The notes: a model not told the origin generated them from the letters alone. A DNA stretch of 32,000 nucleotides from Erysipelotrichaceae bacterium OH741_COT-311 (GCA_003858585.1 RQZE01000003.1:30001-62000); one strand, 5' to 3'; counted from the stretch's first letter, positions 17,650-25,930 are shown. Translations and numbers: made by a program.

Positions 17650-19281
17650 ATGAATAATACAATATATATTACAGGTCATAAAAATCCCGATACCGATTCG
17701 ATTTGTTCGGCATTAGCCTATGCCAATATGAAAAATTTAATAGGTGAAACTGCTATTGCATGTCGTTTAGGACCATTGAATGAAGAAAGCAAATATGTAT
17801 TAAAACGATTTGGCTTAGAGAATCCTTTGCTTTTAAAAGATGCTCGTTCCATATTAAGTGATATTGATATTGATGAGCCTTTAATGGTACCGATGGATAC
17901 TTCTGTGAAAGAAGCATGGGATAAAATGCTTTCAACAAGCAATCGTTCTTTGGTTGTTGTAGATAAGCGTACGCGTATTAAAGGGATTATTTCAACAAGT
18001 AATTTAAGTATGACACGCTTAATGCTGGATACGGATGTTAATGGTTTAATGGCACAAGCCAAACTAAAAAAGATTGCCCAAACCATAGAGGGTAAAGTAG
18101 TTTTTGATGGAGAAGAATATAAAACTAATGGGAAGGTTTATATTGTTACCCTACATGATCGTGAAAAATTTCAAAGTAATTTTAAAGGATCAATTTGTAT
18201 ACTATCAGATGGAGAAGAAAAACAAATTTCATTAATTGAAGCAGGTTGTAAACTTTTAGTTATCACTTGTGGACAAGAGGTAAGTCCAAGAGTAATTAAT
18301 GCTGCTCGTGTGAAACAATGTGCCATTATTACTTGTGAAAGTGATACGATGAAAGTGGCGAAAGTTATCAATGATTCTTATCCGGTGTCTTTGATTATGA
18401 CGAAAAATCCTATTTTCTTTCGTCATCATGAATATGTCGAAGATGTGATTAAGAAGATGAGTAATACTCGTTTTCGTTCTTATCCTGTTGTCGATGATGA
18501 AAATCATGTGATTGGTCAAATATCACGCTATCATTTACAAAACTATAAGCGTCGTCGCTTTATTTTGGTTGATCACAGTGCTAAAAATCAAAGTATTAAT
18601 AATATTGATGATGCTGAAATTTTAGAGATTATTGACCATCACCACATTGGTAATATTGAAACAACCTATCCAATTTATTATCGTAATCAAAAGTGTGGTT
18701 GTACTTGTACGATTATATCGATGTTGTATCAAGAAAATGGGTTACTTCCAGATGCACAATATTCCGGAATTTTGTTAAGTGCAATTATTTCAGATACACT
18801 TCATTTCAAATCTGCAACGACGACACCATTAGATATTATGACGGCTAAGTGGCTTGCAGATCGTGCCGGAGTAAATCTTGAAGAGTATGCGTTAGAGATG
18901 CTAAGCGCATCGGTTGCATTAAAGGATTTAGAACCTACAAAGATCCTAAATCGAGACTTAAAAACATACGATATTGGTAAATATAAATTGGCGATTGGGC
19001 AAACAAACTATCGTAACATTGAAGATATTCAAGCTATATTAGCAGATTTTAGAAAGAACCTTGAGAAAGAACAAAAAGCGAAGGGCTATGATTTAGTCAT
19101 TATGATGTTTACTCATGTAATGGCGGAAGGTACAATGTTTGTCTACAGTGGGCCATTAAGCTATTTAATGGATAATGTACTGGATACGAAGTTTGATGAT
19201 CATTCCGGTTATTCAAGAGACATCATTTCTCGAAAACAACAATTAATGCCAAAGATGTCGGCATTGTTAAAAGAAATTTAA
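17650..19281 (+). CDS. CBS-domain-containing family II (DHH/DHHA2) inorganic pyrophosphatase
   Basis: ITGHKNPDTDSICSALAY, LVDHS, IIDHHHIG, SAIISDTLHFKSATTT (DHHA2), with an insert of about 250 aa made of CBS / DRTGG-like / CBS modules. The start is set at ATG 17650, 5 nt after GGAGG at 17640-17644, rather than the ORF-track 17638. Confidence 0.9.
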   Translation: MNNTIYITGHKNPDTDSICSALAYANMKNLIGETAIACRLGPLNEESKYVLKRFGLENPLLLKDARSILSDIDIDEPLMVPMDTSVKEAWDKMLSTSNRSLVVVDKRTRIKGIISTSNLSMTRLMLDTDVNGLMAQAKLKKIAQTIEGKVVFDGEEYKTNGKVYIVTLHDREKFQSNFKGSICILSDGEEKQISLIEAGCKLLVITCGQEVSPRVINAARVKQCAIITCESDTMKVAKVINDSYPVSLIMTKNPIFFRHHEYVEDVIKKMSNTRFRSYPVVDDENHVIGQISRYHLQNYKRRRFILVDHSAKNQSINNIDDAEILEIIDHHHIGNIETTYPIYYRNQKCGCTCTIISMLYQENGLLPDAQYSGILLSAIISDTLHFKSATTTPLDIMTAKWLADRAGVNLEEYALEMLSASVALKDLEPTKILNRDLKTYDIGKYKLAIGQTNYRNIEDIQAILADFRKNLEKEQKAKGYDLVIMMFTHVMAEGTMFVYSGPLSYLMDNVLDTKFDDHSGYSRDIISRKQQLMPKMSALLKEI

Positions 19282-19826
19282 AAAGATGACTTGTCATCTT
19301 TTTTTGTTTTCATAGATTGTAAGTATTGGTTTAATTGGAAACATAGCTCATGTGGATTTTGATCAATAAGCGGACAATGAATCACAATATCATAGTTACT
19401 CATTAAAAAGATATTCATTTTAGAGACGAACTTTGATAAAGGGCTTAATTTAGCTTGGTATTCTTCAAGGTTTTTCACTTTTACTTGGATGTAGTAAGAT
19501 CCAAATGATTGGTGTAGGATAAAGATTTCAATATCATTCCAATCAATGATGCCCCAGTTAATCGCTGTTGTATGTTCCATAAAGCCTTGAGGATCTGCTT
19601 TAACAAAAGGCTTGTTGCTAAGTAATAATGAGATATAAAAGATAGCCATACCACCAAAAAATACGAAACTTAAAAGACCGGTTGCAATTAATATCGCTTC
19701 GTATCGTTTGAAAGATGTGTTTGCTAGATAAAAGAAAAATAAAGCACATACTATAAACATAATGCATCCAAGAATCATAAGTAAGATACGTTTTTTATTC
19801 TTTTTGATGTAAATTGATTTGACCAT
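19278..19826 (-). CDS. Membrane protein of unknown function (two TM helices plus a soluble, possibly PH-like, domain)
   Basis: RILLMILGCIMFIVCALFFFYL and LLSFVFFGGMAIFYISLLL, then about 110 aa of soluble sequence. AGAGGAAA RBS. The stop codon overlaps the pyrophosphatase stop (19278-19281). Confidence 0.6.
   Translation of the reverse strand: MVKSIYIKKNKKRILLMILGCIMFIVCALFFFYLANTSFKRYEAILIATGLLSFVFFGGMAIFYISLLLSNKPFVKADPQGFMEHTTAINWGIIDWNDIEIFILHQSFGSYYIQVKVKNLEEYQAKLSPLSKFVSKMNIFLMSNYDIVIHCPLIDQNPHELCFQLNQYLQSMKTKKDDKSSF
19279..19310 (+). terminator. Rho-independent terminator of the pyrophosphatase gene, embedded in the 3-prime coding end of the convergent gene
   Basis: AAAAAGATGA, loop CTTG, TCATCTTTTT, followed by TTGTTTT (19281-19310). 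The hairpin encodes the last 8 or so codons (..KKDDKSSF) of the minus-strand ORF. Confidence 0.7.
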
Positions 19827-19897
19827 AGTTTTCCTCTTTTTATTAAATTTACTATAGCGTATTACAAAAAGATTGTAAATAAGTAAGGGTTTTGTTT

Positions 19898-19905
19898 GTT
19901 ATAAT
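19898..19905 (+). promoter_or_regulatory. Extended -10 element (TGtTATAAT) upstream of the acyltransferase gene
   Basis: TGTTATAAT ends at 19905, 27 nt before the ATG at 19933. No convincing -35 is present. Confidence 0.45.
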
Positions 19906-19932
19906 ATAGATAATTGTGTTAGGGGTGTCGAT

Positions 19933-20976
19933 ATGCAAAAGAAAATACCTTATATGGATGGCTTAAGAGTCATGTCCATCTTTTTGATGATTGTGCTACA
20001 TGTATGTGGATATGGATATCGCTATTATCCTGTAAATAGTAGTACATGGCTTGTTTTAAATTTCTTTATGAGTATAACAGGTGTTTGTATTGTGATGTTT
20101 GTAATGATTTCAGGTGCTTTAATGTTGGATAAAGAGATAACTATTAAGGGAATGATTAAACAACGTGTTGTAAAACTTATGATGACATTTTTCATTTGGT
20201 CATTTTTATATGCTTGTTATGAGGTGGTAAGTGGGATTATTCTTAGAGGAGTAGCTATTGATACTAAGTTGGCTGAAACCTTTATTTCCAATCTATTGAT
20301 AGGTCGTTATCATTTATGGTTTTTATATATGATGGCTGCTCTTTATTTGATTACACCTTTGTTAAGATTACTTACCATTAAGAAAGATCATTTTGAATAT
20401 TTTTTAGTGCTTGCGTTTGTTTTTGGAAGCGTATGGAAATTATTAGCTCTTATTCCTTTCTTATCGAATGTCTTACATAGCATTGGGTATATGTTGCATG
20501 TTGACTTTGTTTTGGGATATAGTGGTGTCTTTATGCTTGGTTATTATCTACATAAGTATGAATTAAGTGAAAACGTAAAGAAATGTATTCATGGATTTGC
20601 ATTACTTAGTGTGGCTATCACATTCATTGGTAGTTCTATGATTTCTATGCATTTACATCAAGTGTATATGGGATTATTTGCCTATACATTACCGATGTAT
20701 GTATGTTTAGCTTCTTCCATTTTCCTTTTATTTAAAGAGCATTATGGAAAGATTTCTAAAGGTTTACAGCAAAGTGTTTCGTGGATTGCACCCTATTGTT
20801 TTGGTATCTATCTTGTACATGATTTCTTCAATGTGATTTTTAGACGCTTTACTGTGCCATGGATGGAAAAAGCTACGATTGCGTTTGTACTGGGCGTTTC
20901 TTTGCTTATTTTTGTGTTAAGTTTTATAGTAATTTATATATTAAAAAACACGTTTAAGTGTAAACGTGCATGTTAA
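19933..20976 (+). CDS. Acyltransferase-3 family membrane O-acyltransferase
   Basis: 347 aa, about 10 TM. MDGLRVMSIFLMIVLHV, SGALMLDKE and RYHLWFLYMM motifs typical of the AT3 (OatA/WecH-like) family. Confidence 0.85.
   Translation: MQKKIPYMDGLRVMSIFLMIVLHVCGYGYRYYPVNSSTWLVLNFFMSITGVCIVMFVMISGALMLDKEITIKGMIKQRVVKLMMTFFIWSFLYACYEVVSGIILRGVAIDTKLAETFISNLLIGRYHLWFLYMMAALYLITPLLRLLTIKKDHFEYFLVLAFVFGSVWKLLALIPFLSNVLHSIGYMLHVDFVLGYSGVFMLGYYLHKYELSENVKKCIHGFALLSVAITFIGSSMISMHLHQVYMGLFAYTLPMYVCLASSIFLLFKEHYGKISKGLQQSVSWIAPYCFGIYLVHDFFNVIFRRFTVPWMEKATIAFVLGVSLLIFVLSFIVIYILKNTFKCKRAC
20943..20968 (-). terminator. Terminator for the minus-strand TPR gene, embedded in the 3-prime coding end of the plus-strand acyltransferase gene
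   Basis: CACGTTTA (20949-20956), loop AGTG, TAAACGTG (20961-20968). On the minus strand it is followed by TTTTTT (the plus-strand A-run at 20943-20948). Confidence 0.55.
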
Positions 20977-21564
20977 TTAGTGTTTCATAGAAGTAATTTC
21001 TTGTTGTTTTTCGTAGTCATTTACTTCTTGATAACATTCTATCAGCATTTCAATGGCTGCATCTTTAAAGAAAGTATCTTCTAAAGAAGCCACTTGCTTG
21101 AAGTGTTCGATGGCTAACGGATACTCTTTTAAACGAAAATAAAGAAGTGCTAAACCGTATAATAGACTTGGATGATTAGGGTATTGTTTGAGGTATTCTT
21201 GATATAAATGAATGGCTTGCTTACGATCATCTAAAAAATAATGAGCATCGGCAATGTGTTTTTTAAAATCTAATCGTTCATCTTGATTTAACTGTAAAGT
21301 CGCTAGTACATCATTTGCAAAATCAATGGCATGTTCATAGTAGCCGAAAGAGAATAAGATACTACATTGATTGTTGATGAAATTGGAAAGTATGCCATCT
21401 TCATCGATTTCATGGTAGTCTTGTAGTTTTTGTTCTTTAAGATATTGTTTAATGCCTATCCAAGCATCACTAAAATAGCTTTCGACTAAGTCTGTATGTG
21501 GACTTTCTAGGTAGCTGTTTCCTTGTTTGATTAATTGATAAATTTCTTCTAATTGATCCATCGG
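20977..21564 (-). CDS. Tetratricopeptide-repeat (TPR) protein, function unknown
   Basis: YQEYLKQYPNHPSLLYGLALLYFRLKEYPLAIEHFKQV and other TPR-like helical pairs. The start is moved to MDQLEE (21564), which has GGAG 8 nt upstream. A TATAAT box on the minus strand (plus coordinates 21587-21592) overlaps the ORF-track start at 21588. Confidence 0.7.
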   Translation of the reverse strand, partial: PMDQLEEIYQLIKQGNSYLESPHTDLVESYFSDAWIGIKQYLKEQKLQDYHEIDEDGILSNFINNQCSILFSFGYYEHAIDFANDVLATLQLNQDERLDFKKHIADAHYFLDDRKQAIHLYQEYLKQYPNHPSLLYGLALLYFRLKEYPLAIEHFKQVASLEDTFFKDAAIEMLIECYQEVNDYEKQQEITSMKH

Positions 21565-21660
21565 TATACTCCATTTCAGTAGTACCATTATACACTATTT
21601 CTGGTTTTATGGTTAAATACAACATGAAGTAAAAAACTTTAAATTTTTTTGGTAAAACTA

Positions 21661-21689
21661 TTGCATAGATCTTATTAGTGTGATAATAT
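21661..21689 (+). promoter_or_regulatory. Strong sigma-A promoter of the tRNA cluster, with an AT-rich UP-like region upstream
   Basis: TTGCAT (21661-21666), 17 nt, TAATAT (21684-21689), preceded by TGa (extended -10). A/T tracts lie at 21630-21660. The tRNA starts 13 nt after the -10. Confidence 0.7.
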
Positions 21690-21701
21690 AATTAAGCACT
21701 C

Positions 21702-21777
21702 GCCTAAATAGCTCAGTCGGCAGAGCAAACGGCTGTTAACCGTTAGGTCACAGGTTCGAGCCCTGTTTTAGGCGCCA
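21702..21777 (+). tRNA. tRNA-Asn (anticodon GTT), CCA encoded
   Basis: Acceptor GCCTAAA/TTTAGGC, D-arm AGCTCAGTCGGCAGAGC, anticodon loop CTGTTAA, T-arm GGTTCGAGCCC, 3-prime GCCA. Confidence 0.95.
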
Positions 21778-21785
21778 TTTTTTTT

Positions 21786-21862
21786 GGCTCGTTGGTGAAG
21801 TGGTTTAACACAGCGCCCTTTCACGGCGTCATTCACGGGTTCGAATCCCGTACGAGTCACCA
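21786..21862 (+). tRNA. tRNA-Glu (anticodon TTC), CCA encoded
   Basis: Acceptor GGCTCGT/ACGAGTC, anticodon loop CTTTCAC flanked by GCGCC/GGCGT, T-arm GGGTTCGAATCCC, 3-prime ACCA. Confidence 0.92.
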
Positions 21863-21876
21863 TTAGGTGCTTTAAT

Positions 21877-21901
21877 CCTAGCTATTAAAGCTAGGTTTTT
21901 T
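21877..21901 (+). terminator. Terminator-like hairpin plus T6 located between tRNA-Glu and tRNA-Lys
   Basis: CCTAGCT (21877-21883), loop ATTAA, AGCTAGG (21889-21895), then TTTTTT (21896-21901). It ends 8 nt before tRNA-Lys. Confidence 0.55.
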
Positions 21902-21909
21902 AGATAAAT

Positions 21910-21985
21910 GACTCCTTAGCTCAGTTGGTAGAGCAACTGACTCTTAATCAGTGGGTCTAGGGTTCGAATCCCTAAGGAGTCACCA
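21910..21985 (+). tRNA. tRNA-Lys (anticodon CTT), CCA encoded
   Basis: Acceptor GACTCCT/AGGAGTC, D-arm GCTCAGTTGGTAGAGC, anticodon stem ACTGA/TCAGT with loop CTCTTAA, T-arm GGGTTCGAATCCC, 3-prime ACCA. Confidence 0.95.
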
Positions 21986-21997
21986 TGTTATAAGATG

Positions 21998-22030
21998 CGT
22001 TTAAACTTGGTTTAAGCGTTTTTTATTTTT
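21998..22030 (+). terminator. Rho-independent terminator after the tRNA cluster
   Basis: CGTTTAAAC (21998-22006), loop TTG, GTTTAAGCG (22010-22018, one G-U pair), then TTTTTTATTTTT. Confidence 0.65.
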
Positions 22031-22098
22031 AGGATTCTACGTTTTTCTTAACTATAATAGGTTACATAAAACAAGGTGCTTATATAGGGAGGTAGAAG

Positions 22099-22452
22099 AT
22101 GAAACATTTTATTAAGATTAACGGATTACGTTGGACATTTTATTTTGTGGCAAGTGAAGATGAGCATTTATATATGGATAATCAACGTTGTTTTGGTGTA
22201 AGTAAATTTGATGAACTTTCTGTTTATATCAATGTGGATTTGGAGGTACCCTTATTGATACGTACACTAAGACATGAATTAACTCATGTATATTTGTTTT
22301 CGTATGGATTTAGTGGAGAAGAGTTAAGTGAAGAGGGTATTTGTAATTTTGTGGAGTGTTATGGGCAGCGTATTATGGAAGATAGTCAATATTTAGCAAG
22401 TACCAATATCCTCAAAAACCAAGAAAAAGAATTAAAAATAAGTTTAAATTAA
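22099..22452 (+). CDS. Small HExxH zinc-metallopeptidase-like protein (minimal ImmA/IrrE- or SprT-like gluzincin core), no recognisable partner
   Basis: 117 aa. LLIRTLRHELTHVYLFSYGF contains HELTH, with a downstream acidic residue (EE..SEEG) as a possible third ligand. GGGAGG RBS. It is the first gene after the tRNA terminator and heads the glycan operon. Confidence 0.5.
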   Translation: MKHFIKINGLRWTFYFVASEDEHLYMDNQRCFGVSKFDELSVYINVDLEVPLLIRTLRHELTHVYLFSYGFSGEELSEEGICNFVECYGQRIMEDSQYLASTNILKNQEKELKISLN

Positions 22453-22485
22453 TGATAGAATAGAAGGGTATAAGGAGTTGTATGA

Positions 22486-23436
22486 ATGAACTATAGCATT
22501 ATTATCCCTTGTTATAACGTAGAGGCTTACATAGAAGAGTGTTTAAGCAGTATATACCGTATTATGGATGCAAAGCAAACAGAAGTGATTTTGGTTGATG
22601 ATGGTTCTAGTGATCAAACCGTTTCTATTGTTGAAGCATACATTAAAGATAAGTCAAATTTTACGTTACTATGTAATCCGCATTTAGGGGTTTCTATGGC
22701 TCGTAATGCTGCATTACAAAAAGCAAGTGGGAAGTATATTATTTTTGTTGATAGTGATGATGTGTTAATGGAAAACTACTTCGAGGTAATCGAACAACAT
22801 TTATGTGATGAAGTAGATATTTTACATTTTAATTATATTAATTTTAATGAGCATAAACGTTGGAAGAATAAAGAACAGTTACCGTTTTTAGGGAGTGGAA
22901 AAGAGTTTTTAAATACAGCACTGTTACAGGATAAATATTCAACAGCAATTTGTATGCATATTTTTAAACGTCAATTCTTTCTTGATCATAAAATTCAGTT
23001 TGTTCAAGATATTTATCATGAAGATGAAGAGTTTAATATACAATGTTTATTAAAGGATTGTACGATTAAATCCATTAATGACTATATTTATTTATATCGA
23101 ATTCATAGTACATCCATTACCCAAAATGTAAAACTTTCTAAACAAAGAACAGAAAGTAAGTTTTATATTTATGAAAAGTATATGCGATATGAAAACGAAG
23201 ATAAGGTATATCGTACATTAAGTACGTATTTAAGTATTATGATTTTATTAGAGATTAGTAAATATCCTTTGAATTCTAATGAATTTAAAGAGTTAAAGAA
23301 CTTTTATAAAAAGCGTGGTATGATTCATAGCATTAAGACGGACTTATGGTTATATCGTGTTTTAAAAGGTTTATATCGAGTAAATGATACTCTTGTTTAT
23401 ATCGCACTTAAACTTATAAAAAAGATTAAGAAGTAG
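22486..23436 (+). CDS. Family 2 glycosyltransferase (GT-A fold)
   Basis: SIIIPCYNVEAYIEECLSSI, VDDGSSDQT, FVDSDD (DxD). AAGGAG RBS. Confidence 0.9.
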   Translation: MNYSIIIPCYNVEAYIEECLSSIYRIMDAKQTEVILVDDGSSDQTVSIVEAYIKDKSNFTLLCNPHLGVSMARNAALQKASGKYIIFVDSDDVLMENYFEVIEQHLCDEVDILHFNYINFNEHKRWKNKEQLPFLGSGKEFLNTALLQDKYSTAICMHIFKRQFFLDHKIQFVQDIYHEDEEFNIQCLLKDCTIKSINDYIYLYRIHSTSITQNVKLSKQRTESKFYIYEKYMRYENEDKVYRTLSTYLSIMILLEISKYPLNSNEFKELKNFYKKRGMIHSIKTDLWLYRVLKGLYRVNDTLVYIALKLIKKIKK

Positions 23437-23462
23437 TTTATCGTTTTGAAGGGAGAAAAGAT

Positions 23463-24410
23463 ATGAAGGTATCCATCATTGTTCCGGTGTATAATGCGGA
23501 GAAAAGCATTCGTTTTTGTTTGGATTCTTTGATTCATCAAACATATAAGGATATTGAAATCCTTGTGATTAATGATGGTAGTGTGGATTCTACAAAAGAT
23601 ATTTTAGATACCTATCAGGACGATTGTTTAAAGATTATGCATGTATCAAATGGTGGGGTATCTAAGGCGCGTAATTTGGGATTGGATTGTTGTAGTGGAC
23701 AATATATTATGTTTGTAGATGCGGATGATTATTTGGATTTACATGCGGTTGAATGTTTAGTGGGTATCTTGCATGAGCATCCTACTTCTATCGTACAGTT
23801 TGGTTTTTTAAAAACAAATACTTATCATGAAACAACCAAAGAGATGAACTATAAATTAGAATCCATTACAGGACGAGAAGCGAATCTGCGTTTGGTTTCT
23901 AACGGTAGTGAACCGTATAGTATTGTATGGAATAAAATATATCCAAAAGAGATCTTTCAAACATTGCGTTTTAAAGAAGGCATTCGTTATGAAGATGAAG
24001 ATATTTTATATGTAATTTATGATCAAGTAGAACATGTTTATAGTATGGATCGAGTGTGTTATTTCTACTATCAACATGCCGATAGTTTTATGAATAGTAC
24101 CAATACGCATACTTTAGATTTTGTTGATGTGTTTGCTCGTAAGTATGCGTATTTTAAAGATAAGGATTTGGAACTTGCATTAAAGACAATGAATGTTTTT
24201 TGTTATGCTTTATTTCATACGTATGCAAGTACAAATGATAAAACCATAAGAAAGCAGGTAGAGGATATTTATAAAAAATATCGAGCATTCTTTTTGAAGA
24301 ATCCTTATATTCAAGGGTTTAATAAGTTGGCAGTATTATTATCTTGTTTACATATTAAGTTTCTTGATTTATATCGTCTTAAACATATGTTTCGCAGAGG
24401 TATTTCATGA
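23463..24410 (+). CDS. Family 2 glycosyltransferase (GT-A fold)
   Basis: SIIVPVYNAEKSIRFCLDSL, INDGSVDST, FVDADD. Confidence 0.9.
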   Translation: MKVSIIVPVYNAEKSIRFCLDSLIHQTYKDIEILVINDGSVDSTKDILDTYQDDCLKIMHVSNGGVSKARNLGLDCCSGQYIMFVDADDYLDLHAVECLVGILHEHPTSIVQFGFLKTNTYHETTKEMNYKLESITGREANLRLVSNGSEPYSIVWNKIYPKEIFQTLRFKEGIRYEDEDILYVIYDQVEHVYSMDRVCYFYYQHADSFMNSTNTHTLDFVDVFARKYAYFKDKDLELALKTMNVFCYALFHTYASTNDKTIRKQVEDIYKKYRAFFLKNPYIQGFNKLAVLLSCLHIKFLDLYRLKHMFRRGIS

Positions 24411-25930
24411 GTAGCAGAACCAATAAATCAATGATTTTATTTACCTCAGAAGTAATCTTTAAAGTGTTGATTACTGTTTTAGGCATTGTCAAAACAAGGA
24501 TGTTGATTGGATATTTAGGTGATTCCATGAATGGATTATATCAACTTATTATTCAATTGTTGGCATTTGTGACGATTGCCGACTTAGGCTTAGATTCCAT
24601 CTATCGTTTTGCTTATTATAAACCTTTAGCACAACAGGATTATGTTAAGGTGAATGAAATTTATAATGGATCAAAAGTCTTTTTCCGTTATAGTGCTCTT
24701 GTTATGTTTGTGATTGCTTGTTTTATATCGTTGTTGTTTCCTTTTTTAGCTTCGCAGTCATCGTTTTCTTTTTGGCAGTTGATTTTGATAATGTTTATCT
24801 TTGCATTGCCAAGTGTTGTAGAGGCATTGTTTAGTGCAGATATTTCATTGGTTTCAGCACAACAGCGAAATTTTCAAGTTCACTTTATTAATAATATTAA
24901 ATTTATTGTTCGTATTCTGTTTAGTTTTTTAACCATTATGAATCGTAATTTTATAGTGTTTATTCTTGTAGATAGTTTCGTGGCAATTGGTTTTACGATT
25001 CTGCGTTACCTATTACTGAAGAACTATAATGTTGTATATAAAAAACATACTAAAGAAAAGGATTATTCGCCTTTAACATTAACGAAGTATACGTTATTTA
25101 CGAATATCAATTACATTGTTTACAATAATACGGATAATATTGTAATTTCTCAATTTTTAACTCTCACATTCGTATCGGTATATAGCTCGTTTTATTTTGT
25201 TGTAAAAGCATTGAGTGACATTATTACCATTTCTATTGGTAGTATTGTTGATATCGTAGGAAACTTGTTTGCAGAGAATAAAAATACCTATCAAGCCTTT
25301 GCTCAATTAGAGGCGTTGTTGTTTTTTATATCCATAGTTTTGGCGATTCCATTATTTTTAGGGTTAGATCATTTTATTTCCTTAGCAATATCGAATACGG
25401 CATTGTATCGTATTGATTTTATGTCTTATAGTTTATTTATTATTTTATTTATTATCATTATTGTTTCTTCAATATGGGATGTCATTGTTAAGGCAAATGG
25501 TTTATATCAATATTACTGGAAGATTTCTTTGGTAGAATCGATTTTGAATATTGCTATTTCCGTGTCTTTAGTTTCTGTGTATCGTTTTCAAGGTGTATTA
25601 CTAGGTACAATTCTTTCTAGAATGATAAAATATTTCTATTGTAAATTTATCATGGGAGAAAAATTGCAGTTTCCGATGCAAAGACAATTTTATACTTTAG
25701 GTTTGAATGTGGCTTTTATGGTTGGTATATTATATTTGGTAATCATGATTAAAAAGTTTGTAATCATTACATCTTTACTCCATTGGGTTTTTATTATGGT
25801 GGCTAGTACCATAGGGGCTTTTGTGGTATGCTTTGTGATATATTATGCATTAAGTGCTGATTTTAAAGTGTTAATGCATGCCTTAGTTCAGGTTGTAAAA
25901 CAAAAACGTATTAAAAAGGAGATTGTATGA
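24407..25930 (+). CDS. Wzx-like oligosaccharide flippase (MOP/polysaccharide biosynthesis protein family)
   Basis: 507 aa with roughly 12-14 hydrophobic helices. N-terminal region VLITVLGIVKTRMLIGYLGDSMNGLY is typical of Wzx/MOP proteins. ATGA overlap with the upstream GT2 gene. Confidence 0.75.
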   Translation: MSSRTNKSMILFTSEVIFKVLITVLGIVKTRMLIGYLGDSMNGLYQLIIQLLAFVTIADLGLDSIYRFAYYKPLAQQDYVKVNEIYNGSKVFFRYSALVMFVIACFISLLFPFLASQSSFSFWQLILIMFIFALPSVVEALFSADISLVSAQQRNFQVHFINNIKFIVRILFSFLTIMNRNFIVFILVDSFVAIGFTILRYLLLKNYNVVYKKHTKEKDYSPLTLTKYTLFTNINYIVYNNTDNIVISQFLTLTFVSVYSSFYFVVKALSDIITISIGSIVDIVGNLFAENKNTYQAFAQLEALLFFISIVLAIPLFLGLDHFISLAISNTALYRIDFMSYSLFIILFIIIIVSSIWDVIVKANGLYQYYWKISLVESILNIAISVSLVSVYRFQGVLLGTILSRMIKYFYCKFIMGEKLQFPMQRQFYTLGLNVAFMVGILYLVIMIKKFVIITSLLHWVFIMVASTIGAFVVCFVIYYALSADFKVLMHALVQVVKQKRIKKEIV

